A stretch of DNA of 64,000 bases from Euryarchaeota archaeon UBA487 (GCA_002505695.1 DAVU01000013.1:27300-91299); one strand, 5' to 3'. Shown: positions 27,895 to 36,277, counted from the stretch's first letter. Notes: a model not told the origin generated them from the letters alone. Translations and numbers: made by a program.

Positions 27895-28002
27895 CATTCT
27901 AGTCCTCCGGCGTGGGGGCGTCGTCAACGTGGTGTTGCCGTTCGGGCAGTTGTTGGAAAGAGGATGGTGATTATGAAATCATGGAATTATGACCAGGACA
28001 TT

Positions 28003-30543
28003 TCATTCCATTGTGCGTGATCTTGTGATCAACAGCCTGGCAGTGATCAGGGGATCGCCTCCTGTTAGGTCAGTATGTGCGATTTCAGGCCATTTGTGAA
28101 GAGGTTGGGCTAACCAGCCAACCAATGGATGTGTCCGACCGGTGTAGGGAGGTAGTCCCATTGTAGCATTCCTCATGGACATAATGAGATCATGGATGTT
28201 TGCTACACTGGCCTCATCCAAGATTTCTATTCCGGGACCATATCGTATTGACTCTTCTAACGCATTCAAGAAACCATCTGAGGGTCCTGGATGGTTGAGG
28301 TCACCGGATCCTGGGAAATGATGTGGTTCCCCACTGGGTCGAAGAGCCAATGCTGCCCATGGGATGCTGCATAGCTCCGCATTATTCCACCATTGTTCGT
28401 TTTTCAACATGTTCAACAATATTTGTTCGGCGAGTGGTGCAAACCATTCCATGGGTATTTGCCTAACAATTTTTACCGAAAACGAGGGAGTCAGCCTTCC
28501 ATTGCCTTCGATCACTCTAACAAACCTTGACCATGTGTGTAAATCCGAGTTGGGTTTGTCCCTCGCTGCAATGTGCACACTGTCAAGTAGAGCTTTTTTC
28601 TCTCTTTCTTTTACGATCTTATAGGCCCCAGAAAGAGAGTCAATAGAACGATCTGGAATGTCGGATAACCATGCCGGTATTGCCCAAGACCTCAGGTCCT
28701 CTGTCATATCTGGAGATATATCTGCCGCAGAAGCCAAGAGTCGGCTTGCGATCCATATAGCGCCTGATGAAGCGGTTTCTGGTGGGGTCAGGGGCCTAAC
28801 CTCATATGGAAAATTAGGATTATCTTTAACCATGGTTGAGAATTTTTCTGAAAATAGTGGTAGTTTTCTTTTGTCTGAAATGTTGATGAATTCATGTAAC
28901 TCTGAGTCTGGAACATCTTCAAACCTGACTAGATCCATCCACTTCTGATCTACTCTTCCTTTGATTCGCTTCCATCTATTCCATCTCATCTTTCTCGGTG
29001 TAGCAATGAGGGCAGCTTCTGGATGTTCTGATTCCACCAAATTAGCCCAATAGTCGTCTTGTTCGTTTTTCTCATTTAGTGCAAGTGAGATGTATTCATC
29101 CTCCACTTCAGAAACCGTAAGTTCCACCGATAGAGAAGAAGACGAGGGTTCTTTTCTGGGATTGGAATCTACCATAGCGACGCTCAATTTTGTGTCATCG
29201 ATGCGTATCGGGGTCTCAATACCATTTTGATCGGTATACCTCGCCCAAGGAAGGGGCCTAGTTGTATCAGAGCTAAGTTTGGCGACTCCTTGGGCCTTAT
29301 ACTCATTACTTGAGAAAATAATTCGCCTTTCACTGTTCCTCAATAGCTGTTTGAACATATATTCAGGTATATCATCGCCGACTTCTATCGCAACAGGAAT
29401 ATCCTCATTAGATTGCAAAACCCATTTGATCAGGGCTTTCCTTGCTCTGATTCCGAGATCTTTCGTACTGATTGTCTCAGATGCCGTTTCCTTCTCTTCG
29501 AATTGGGAATTCCCCCAATCAGCCCTGAACCTTCTCAGAGTCTCCTCGGGGACTCTCGACCTTCTCCTAAGGAGGATCCTGTCCTTCAACGCTTGTGATC
29601 GTCTCCTGAGCTCCGATGGTTTAGTTCTCGGATGGGCCAGTTCTATCCAGCAGTCTAGAACATCCTCTGGTATGCTGGATGGTTTTTTTTTGCTGTCATG
29701 GATGCTCGATATCATCAGGTAATCATCCGGTATTGTCCTAGCAATCAACAATTGTCCCATGCGGCCTTCTATGTCAATTATCAGTAGATTTGGGGCGTAA
29801 ACGGGGCTTACATCTTCATGAAGTGTCCCTATTCTGAGATTAAATCCTGGTTGTGGATGGAATGGATGTTTTACTTCGTTGTATCTTGGTGTGAACCACG
29901 TGCCTGGTGCCAGTGATATGGGTCTTTTTTCACCAATCATCCTGGCGTTAAAAACGTAGACTGGGCGATCTCCTTCGGAAAAGGATTCAATGGAATTTGG
30001 GTTCAATTGAACGTCTGGCATTTCTGCTATTTTTCCAGTGTGCGGATTAATCCACAGACCATCACGACTTTCTACCTCAGCGAGTATCCATTGGGCCCCC
30101 TGATTTCCACTGGAATAATCTCCAGTAGGTTGCCTGTCAGGTATAGCGATCGTTAATTGATTGAATACGACAGTTGATGCCAACACTAGTCGATCTCTAT
30201 CCTTGGATACTAGACAGATATCGCTTTTTGTCGAGGGGATGGGTAAACAAGACTGGGCTCTATGTATTATGTCCTGTATGACAACATTCCTCCCCGAGGG
30301 CGTGAGGTGGATGGACGCTCCCCTTGTACCAGCTGTAGAAGCACTATCAACCAATTTTTCACGCCTGAGCCTCCTCAGTTCTGCCGACACATGCGGCATT
30401 CTTAGGTTAGTGAAGCGAGAAATTTCTGCAACCGTCATATCCGACCTGGATAGTGATGAGAGCACTCTCCTCCGATGGAGTCCCCTTATTCTTTGAGGGT
30501 CAAATGAGGAGTCGTTATTCGATGATTTATCCAATCTTGACAC
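28003..30543 (-). CDS. Large orphan protein with N-terminal ArsR/MarR-like winged helix-turn-helix
   Basis: Uninterrupted 846-codon ORF with a GTG start. Residues about 20-95 ('RRRVLSSLSRSDMTVAEISRFTNLRMPHVSAELRRLRREKLVDS...IHLTPSG') look like wHTH. No motif is recognised in the remaining ~750 aa. Confidence 0.6.
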   Translation of the reverse strand: MSRLDKSSNNDSSFDPQRIRGLHRRRVLSSLSRSDMTVAEISRFTNLRMPHVSAELRRLRREKLVDSASTAGTRGASIHLTPSGRNVVIQDIIHRAQSCLPIPSTKSDICLVSKDRDRLVLASTVVFNQLTIAIPDRQPTGDYSSGNQGAQWILAEVESRDGLWINPHTGKIAEMPDVQLNPNSIESFSEGDRPVYVFNARMIGEKRPISLAPGTWFTPRYNEVKHPFHPQPGFNLRIGTLHEDVSPVYAPNLLIIDIEGRMGQLLIARTIPDDYLMISSIHDSKKKPSSIPEDVLDCWIELAHPRTKPSELRRRSQALKDRILLRRRSRVPEETLRRFRADWGNSQFEEKETASETISTKDLGIRARKALIKWVLQSNEDIPVAIEVGDDIPEYMFKQLLRNSERRIIFSSNEYKAQGVAKLSSDTTRPLPWARYTDQNGIETPIRIDDTKLSVAMVDSNPRKEPSSSSLSVELTVSEVEDEYISLALNEKNEQDDYWANLVESEHPEAALIATPRKMRWNRWKRIKGRVDQKWMDLVRFEDVPDSELHEFINISDKRKLPLFSEKFSTMVKDNPNFPYEVRPLTPPETASSGAIWIASRLLASAADISPDMTEDLRSWAIPAWLSDIPDRSIDSLSGAYKIVKEREKKALLDSVHIAARDKPNSDLHTWSRFVRVIEGNGRLTPSFSVKIVRQIPMEWFAPLAEQILLNMLKNEQWWNNAELCSIPWAALALRPSGEPHHFPGSGDLNHPGPSDGFLNALEESIRYGPGIEILDEASVANIHDLIMSMRNATMGLPPYTGRTHPLVGWLAQPLHKWPEIAHTDLTGGDPLITARLLITRSRTME

Positions 30544-30550
30544 CCTCTGT

Positions 30551-30680
30551 CAATTTTAACAGTTCTAATTATACATATCTTATATAAAAATTTTATTTTA
30601 GTTATATTTTATTACATATTTCTACTAGAATTCTTCTTTTATAATGTCATCTTTCGGTTTATCTAGTTCTTTTGGTCGTG
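30551..30680. promoter_or_regulatory. Extremely AT-rich divergent intergenic tract with TATA-like elements
   Basis: The run 'caattttaacagttctaattatacatatcttatataaaaattttattttagttatattttattacatatttc...' contrasts with the rest of the window. On the minus strand, TTTTTATATA (30590->30581) lies about 40 nt upstream of the 30543 start. Confidence 0.5.
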
Positions 30681-30795
30681 CAACCTGCAACTTGATGTAA
30701 CGAAAAAGCGAACTAAATTGAGAAGCGTTATATTTGAGTCAATAGTCCTGTGAACTAACGCCAACGAGGACGAGGCATGGTAACTGCTTATTGAG

Positions 30796-30802
30796 TTTAA
30801 AT
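30796..30802 (+). promoter_or_regulatory. TATA-like box (TTTAAAT) for the small wHTH gene
   Basis: Centred about 30 nt upstream of ATG 30829, a spacing expected for a leaderless or near-leaderless archaeal mRNA. Confidence 0.35.
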
Positions 30803-30828
30803 CAGGCCTTTTCTAAGTCGCGTTGAAC

Positions 30829-31104
30829 ATGGAGGTGCGGAAATTGCGAACAACAAGACTCAGAGAAAAAATAAAGAAATTCCTAAATGAAAGAGGACAA
30901 GCAAACACAACTGAGATCCTTGAGCATGTGAATTCAACCATGCGCCATGGCACAACTCCACAACAACTGGGCAATGTCCTCTCAAAGGACAAGGATATTC
31001 GAAAGATTGCAACGACCAAGCGAGGTGGCGCGCTTTCGGGCAGATACGAAATTTGTGTATGGACCCTACGAGACGACGATCCAGGGCACGGATTCGAAGC
31101 TTAG
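30829..31104 (+). CDS. Small (91-93 aa) winged-helix-like DNA-binding protein, hypothetical
   Basis: 'RLREKIKKFLNERGQANTTEILEHVNSTMRHGTTPQQLGNVLSKDKDIRKIATTKRGG...YEICVW' has a helix-turn-helix plus beta-wing pattern. Divergent from the 846-aa gene. Confidence 0.45.
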   Translation: MEVRKLRTTRLREKIKKFLNERGQANTTEILEHVNSTMRHGTTPQQLGNVLSKDKDIRKIATTKRGGALSGRYEICVWTLRDDDPGHGFEA

Positions 31105-31114
31105 CTGGCATGGG

Positions 31115-32122
31115 CTATTGACTAGGCCCCTCTTCCCAGCATCCCTCGGAGGCAAGTGAGTTCTCCGCACTTCTTTTGAGTAGTTTCGTTTGGGCGTCCT
31201 CAGTTTGTGATCTTGCCCACAGAGAAAGTGCATCTGCCAACAATGCTCTTCCAAAAGAGAAGGTGATTGGCCATGGTGGTTTGTCCGCGATCTGATTTAT
31301 CCTGTTGAGGTGGTTTGTGGCGTCGTAATCAGACTGGCCTCCCGAAAGGAATGCGATGCCTGCTACATTCTTGGGAACATTTTGTTTGAGTGCATCGCAG
31401 GTTAATTTTGCAACTTCATCGGCCAATGCACCAGGTGATTCTTTTCCTGGAAGGACCATATTTGGCTTTAGAATAGTCCCAGATAGCATAACCCCTTGTG
31501 TTTGACAATCTGAATAAACGGCTTTCAATACCCTTGATGTGACTTCGAAACATTCCATAATGCTGTGGCCACCATCCATCAACACCTCAGGTTCAATTAT
31601 GGGCACAAGACCTTGTTCTTGACATATTGAGGCATACCTCGCAAGAGCATGGGAGTTTGTTGATACTGATGCTGCGCTCGGACGGTTTTTGGATATGGAA
31701 ATGACTGCTCTCCATTTTGCAAACCTTGCACCCATGTTGTAGTATTCCTCACACCTTTCCCTTAGTCCATCCAATCCCTCTGTGACGGTCTCTCCTGTGT
31801 GTCCGGCCAATGGTTTTGCACCAGTATCTACTTTTATGCCCGGAAGCATTCCTCTGTCAGTCAAATATCTAGGAATAGGGGTTCCATCATCCATTTTTTG
31901 TCTAATTGTTTCATCAAATAGAATTACTCCTGAAATGTATTTTTCTAGCCCGGGCGTAGAAAACATTGCAGTTCTGTAGAGTCTTCTAGACTCCGAATTT
32001 GCTTCAATTCCGACTGCTTCAAGTCTTTTTGACATTGTTCCATTGCTTTCATCGGCCGCGAGGATTCCCTTACCTTGGCGAACTAGTGATTTTGCAATTG
32101 TTTCTAGAGGGTGGGAGGTCAT
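31115..32122 (-). CDS. fba: Fructose-bisphosphate aldolase, class I (classical 'Glycolytic' family)
   Basis: 'GKGILAADESNGTMSKRL', 'GVILFDET', 'PGIKVDTGAKPLAGHTGETVTEGLDGLRERC', 'FAKWRAV' are near-collinear with muscle-type aldolase. Confidence 0.9.
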   Translation of the reverse strand: MTSHPLETIAKSLVRQGKGILAADESNGTMSKRLEAVGIEANSESRRLYRTAMFSTPGLEKYISGVILFDETIRQKMDDGTPIPRYLTDRGMLPGIKVDTGAKPLAGHTGETVTEGLDGLRERCEEYYNMGARFAKWRAVISISKNRPSAASVSTNSHALARYASICQEQGLVPIIEPEVLMDGGHSIMECFEVTSRVLKAVYSDCQTQGVMLSGTILKPNMVLPGKESPGALADEVAKLTCDALKQNVPKNVAGIAFLSGGQSDYDATNHLNRINQIADKPPWPITFSFGRALLADALSLWARSQTEDAQTKLLKRSAENSLASEGCWEEGPSQ

Positions 32123-32173
32123 GTTAACGGTGCTACCACCCGGGGAGGTATGAATGAATGCATCGAATAGGAT

Positions 32174-33127
32174 CTACACATCGAATGTCATTTTTTCTAT
32201 CCTTGTCGTTGATGTGCTTACGTCGATAACCTCGGAGGTGACCACTATTGACCCATCAGAATTCTTGGTGGGCCCAGGGACTCGACCCCTGCAAACTCCA
32301 GACCCTATGTACACCGAGTCTTTGGACGAGCACAACTCATCCCTTTTCCATATGTGTTCCATCTTATCCCCTACCATCTGAATGGCCCTTTTTTTGTGGT
32401 CGGGGTTTGTAGTCACCAACCGCCCCTCAAAAAATGCGTTCAAACCGCGCAAAGCGGTTGCGGTTATTACTCCCTCAGGCGCAGCTCCGATACCCATCAA
32501 CAAGTCGGTGGAGGAGCTGCTGTCTGCCGAATCCAAAGCTGCAGTGATGTCCCCGTCCCCAATCAGTGAAACCTTTGCACCCATGGTTTGTATCTTTGAT
32601 ATGAGATCCTCGTGCCTCGGACGATCCATCACAACGACCTCCAAGTCCGAAATTGGTTTGTTCATTGCGTCCCCAGCAGCCTCAAGATTGTACTCCAAGG
32701 TACCCTCGAGGCTAATCTCTCCGATGAGCGCAGTACATCCTGCCAACTTGTCCATGTAGCAGTCAGGCGCATGCAACAACGCGCCTCTGGGTGCGGCTGC
32801 TAAAACGGCCATGGCGTTTGGTTTGTTGTAAGCCACATGATTTGTGCATTCCAACGGATCAACCGCAATGTCAATCTTCTCTGCGCGTGGATCATCCCTC
32901 AGAGAGCCCAACATCTCCCCAATCCAGAGCATTGGGGCATCGTCCCTCTCTCCCTCTCCAATGGCTACTCTCCCATTGAATGGAATGGAATCAAAAACTG
33001 ATCTCATTGACTCTACTGCCGCTCCATCTGCGGCTTTTCCATCCCCTTTACCAACCCATTCGTAGGCTGCGAGGGCAGCAGAACTTGTCGCGCGAATGAA
33101 ATCATTGGTAAGGTCGCGCACAGGCAT
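32174..33127 (-). CDS. glpX: Fructose-1,6-bisphosphatase class II
   Basis: 'AALAAYEWVGKGDGKAADGAAVESMR', 'IAVDPLECT', 'DGDITAAL', 'LMGIGAAPEGVITA' are collinear with GlpX. Confidence 0.9.
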   Translation of the reverse strand: MPVRDLTNDFIRATSSAALAAYEWVGKGDGKAADGAAVESMRSVFDSIPFNGRVAIGEGERDDAPMLWIGEMLGSLRDDPRAEKIDIAVDPLECTNHVAYNKPNAMAVLAAAPRGALLHAPDCYMDKLAGCTALIGEISLEGTLEYNLEAAGDAMNKPISDLEVVVMDRPRHEDLISKIQTMGAKVSLIGDGDITAALDSADSSSSTDLLMGIGAAPEGVITATALRGLNAFFEGRLVTTNPDHKKRAIQMVGDKMEHIWKRDELCSSKDSVYIGSGVCRGRVPGPTKNSDGSIVVTSEVIDVSTSTTRIEKMTFDV

Positions 33128-33152
33128 GGATGTCGGATATGGGCACGAGACA

Positions 33153-33608
33153 TCAATTCTCTGTTGGAATCTTCAATTTTGTAATGACAGCGACGTCGCT
33201 AATTCTTGTGTCGGGATATTGCCCGGTTGAGTCCTTCAGTATTGGCTTCAACATGTCCCAAGCGCAAAGTAAAGCTGTCGAAACGCCACATAGGGCCTCC
33301 ATCTCAACACCTGTCTTTGAGGTTGTGGACACAGTCACAATGCATTTCAGTCCATTTTCGACGTCTTTCCATTCAACCTTGCAACCCTCAATGGGTATAG
33401 GATGGCAATGAGGCAGACTCAAAGGGGTTTTTTTTACAGCTAAAATCGCTGCTAACGATGCAGAATTTCTGACATCCCCCTTTTCTGTGGCTCCTTCATG
33501 CACCTTCGAAACCACCGTCGGTGACACGCACAATACTCCAGATGCAGAAGCCCGACGAATGATGGTTGATTTTTCAGTGATGTCGACTATCAGGGGGGTT
33601 TTCGTCAT
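33153..33608 (-). CDS. moaC: Cyclic pyranopterin monophosphate synthase
   Basis: 'KGDVRNSASLAAILAVKKT..L.PHCHPIPI', 'TGVEMEALCGVSTALLCAWDMLK'. Confidence 0.85.
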   Translation of the reverse strand: MTKTPLIVDITEKSTIIRRASASGVLCVSPTVVSKVHEGATEKGDVRNSASLAAILAVKKTPLSLPHCHPIPIEGCKVEWKDVENGLKCIVTVSTTSKTGVEMEALCGVSTALLCAWDMLKPILKDSTGQYPDTRISDVAVITKLKIPTEN

Positions 33609-33646
33609 GGGTACCGCTGAGGCAGGGAGTACTTAGCCGGAAGGGT

Positions 33647-34066
33647 TCACCCGAGGCCCTCAATCCAATATGAGCCGCTCTGAGTTTTTTCTTTTTTCCA
33701 AATGGGTGCTTGACGTTTCAATTCGTCTATAGTCCAACTGCAGCCTGCAAAAGCCTCCGCTCTGTGGGCCGAAGTTGCATGGATGCACACAATAATTTCA
33801 CCAGGCAACACAGTGCCCTTTCGGTGTGTGATTGATATTGAATGAAGGTTGTATTGATTCAATGCTTCATTGCCAATGTCCGTTAGTACTTGGGGAAGTT
33901 TTTCATCCCATGTCTCAAACTCCAAACTCAAAACCTTCTCACTCTCATTCACCGGTCTCACAATCCCAATGAATGATGCGATCGCACCAACACCATCTTT
34001 ACTCAATTCAGAAAGCAAGCCGATTGTATCGATCGGGCCTTCTGTGACTGAAACCGCTACTGGCAC
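33647..34066 (-). CDS. moaE: Molybdopterin synthase catalytic subunit
   Basis: 'GAIASFIGIVR', 'LEFETW', 'ISITHRKG.V.PGE.IV.I...SAHRAEAF'. I chose the GTG at 34066 (139 aa), because the longer ORF overlaps the divergent neighbour. Confidence 0.65.
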   Translation of the reverse strand: MPVAVSVTEGPIDTIGLLSELSKDGVGAIASFIGIVRPVNESEKVLSLEFETWDEKLPQVLTDIGNEALNQYNLHSISITHRKGTVLPGEIIVCIHATSAHRAEAFAGCSWTIDELKRQAPIWKKEKTQSGSYWIEGLG

Positions 34067-34125
34067 ATGCCACCGTAGCAGTTCAGAGGGATAGTGCTTA
34101 TCTCTACAGGGGAGTTGCAATCGAC

Positions 34126-35349
34126 GTGAGCGAGCGGGTTGACATACTCGGGGCTGGTCTATCTGGGTTGTCTTCTGCCATAATATTGGCAAAGTCAGGA
34201 AAAGAAGTCCACGTTCATGAAGTTAGGCAGGATAGCGGGGCAAGATTTGATGGAGACTTTCAAGGAATAGAAAATTGGACATCAGAGATTGATTTCTTCG
34301 ATGAAATGCGGGAATGGGGGCTTGATCCGAACTCTTTCAAGTCAAATCCATTTGGGGTTGTCGACTTGGTCCATCCGGATGATGTGATTACCAACCCTGT
34401 GACAGACGGGGTTGCATTCAGAGTTGTTGAGCGAGGTACGGATAGTCACTGCATAGATCAAGGTTTCAAGAAAATGGCACTTGACGCAGGAGTGAAAATT
34501 CACTACGGTGTGAAGGTGGATCCTTCTCAATGTGACATTATTGCGGCTGGACCCAAGGAGTCTAGCGCGGTGGCCTTTGGAGAGATTTTCGAAACCAGTC
34601 ATCCCAATCATGTGACTTTCCAGTTGAATGACAAATTGGCACCTGGAGCTTACAGCTACATGATCATCATCGACGGAGTGGGATTAATTTGTACTTGCCT
34701 GTGGAGAAAACAACGCAAGAGCGGACGTTTCTTGGACGAAACAATAGTCTGGTACGAGAATCACTATGAGTTGGACAGGAAACCCATTAAACGAGTCGGT
34801 GGAAAAGGCGATTTTTCACTCCCTGAGAAATACGTCTTTGATGGTCGGTACTATGTCGGTGAGGCTGGTGGACTTCAAGACTTTATGTGGGGATTTGGCA
34901 TGAGATACGCAATTACCAGCGGGGTTTTGGCGGCAAAGTCTATGCTAGGAGAGGTCAGTTACGAGAAAGAAGTCAGGACGAAATTACTCCCGCTCGTCAA
35001 AGTGAGCGCGACGAACCGATTCATAATGAACAGAATGGGAGACAGGGGTTTCAAGGCAGTCGCGAAATACTGGATGAGAGATCAAAAGAAGACCGGTGAT
35101 GGTTTGGGGTTTATGCGTCTGATCTACAAGCCCGGCATCTTCAGGAGGATGTTGTGGCCATTCGTTCGTTTTGGTATGCTAACCAAGGGAGCAACCTCCG
35201 ATGGCCGGTCTTATCATAGGATGCCATTTAGGAAGGCACTGAAGAGAGACGATTGGAAGCCAAGCGCAGAGGCCAAACTAGTGGCTTCACAATGGAAAAA
35301 TATTCAGAGGGCAGGTGGCAAGACCTCCTTCAATTCAAACGATCAGTGA
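34126..35349 (+). CDS. FAD/NAD(P)-dependent oxidoreductase (geranylgeranyl-reductase/FixC-like)
   Basis: N-terminal dinucleotide fold 'VDILGAGLSGLSSAIILAKSGKEVHVHE'. GTG start. Confidence 0.6.
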   Translation: MSERVDILGAGLSGLSSAIILAKSGKEVHVHEVRQDSGARFDGDFQGIENWTSEIDFFDEMREWGLDPNSFKSNPFGVVDLVHPDDVITNPVTDGVAFRVVERGTDSHCIDQGFKKMALDAGVKIHYGVKVDPSQCDIIAAGPKESSAVAFGEIFETSHPNHVTFQLNDKLAPGAYSYMIIIDGVGLICTCLWRKQRKSGRFLDETIVWYENHYELDRKPIKRVGGKGDFSLPEKYVFDGRYYVGEAGGLQDFMWGFGMRYAITSGVLAAKSMLGEVSYEKEVRTKLLPLVKVSATNRFIMNRMGDRGFKAVAKYWMRDQKKTGDGLGFMRLIYKPGIFRRMLWPFVRFGMLTKGATSDGRSYHRMPFRKALKRDDWKPSAEAKLVASQWKNIQRAGGKTSFNSNDQ

Positions 35350-35416
35350 TAGTTGGTTCTAAATCAATGGTTCCAGCCATCGCTTGGTTGATATGGGCCA
35401 TTACCATCGGAGGGTC

Positions 35417-36277
35417 ATGACAGATTGGCCAGAGCTAGTACCAATGAAAAACAAACTCGTCAACTATGGCGTCACGGAGAATGGAATCGCCATTATCGAA
35501 TTGATCTCAGACTCAGAGGGAGCACCTCTACAGGAAGGAAAGACGCCCGTAAACACCTACACTCGAGAGATGTGGCATGATATAGACGATGCAATTTTGA
35601 GCGCAAGATTCGATGATGATGTTAGCGTGATCCTCCTCACTGGCCACGGAGACAAGTTTTTTTCCGCTGGAGCAAGCATAAAGTATCTCAATAAACTGAG
35701 TCCAAGATACAAATATTTTTTCTGTCTTCATGCTAATGAAACACTCAGCAGACTGGAACAGACTCCCAAGTTGGTTATCGCTGCTCTCAACGGTCACACC
35801 GTGGGCGGTGGGTTGGAAATTGCCATGGCCGCAGACATCCGGATTGCAAGAAAAGGGAATTTCCAAGTCGGACTACCAGAGGTCTCTCTGGGAGTGTTAG
35901 CTGGAACTGGAGGTACTGCAAGACTTTCTCGACTGGTTGGTAAGGCAAAGTCAATGGAAATCATGGTCACAGGAAGAAAGTTCCAGTTTGAAGAAGCGAA
36001 GGACATGTCACTCGTTCATGACATATACGACAGCATGAGTCTAGATGAATTTCGCCAAGATGTCTTGGACTACGCCGGACAATTCTCACTGCCATTTGCT
36101 GCAGCAAAAGCCATTGGCAACATAAAAAGGAGTGTGCAAAGTGGTCTTGAGATTCCATTAGAGTACCATCTTGCACTGGAAAGAGAACTACAATCAGACC
36201 TATTCCAGTCAGAAGATGCAAAGGCCGGGATAGCAGCATATGTGGACAAGAAGACACCAAAATTTACTGGAAATTGA
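35417..36277 (+). CDS. Enoyl-CoA hydratase/isomerase (crotonase) family protein, in a boxC-like position
   Basis: 'ILLTGHGDKFFSAGASI', 'VIAALNGHTVGGGLEIAMAADIRIA', 'LPEVSLGVLAGTGGTARLSRLVG'. Confidence 0.75.
   Translation: MTDWPELVPMKNKLVNYGVTENGIAIIELISDSEGAPLQEGKTPVNTYTREMWHDIDDAILSARFDDDVSVILLTGHGDKFFSAGASIKYLNKLSPRYKYFFCLHANETLSRLEQTPKLVIAALNGHTVGGGLEIAMAADIRIARKGNFQVGLPEVSLGVLAGTGGTARLSRLVGKAKSMEIMVTGRKFQFEEAKDMSLVHDIYDSMSLDEFRQDVLDYAGQFSLPFAAAKAIGNIKRSVQSGLEIPLEYHLALERELQSDLFQSEDAKAGIAAYVDKKTPKFTGN

Noticed and set aside
27717-28002. Possible SRP (7S) RNA or RNase P RNA in the GC-rich gap
   Set aside because: The minus-strand 'GGTCAGGACCCGGAGCC' superficially resembles the SRP helix-8 region. 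However, the conserved '...GGAAGG.AGCA.C...' motif and the RNase P 'GAGGAAAGTCC' motif are absent, so I cannot support either call by eye.
34067-34192. N-terminal 42 codons of the listed MoaE ORF
   Set aside because: The extension is Arg/Pro/Gln-rich and unlike MoaE. It overlaps the start of the divergent FAD-oxidoreductase gene, and a GTG at 34066 gives the canonical ~140-aa MoaE.
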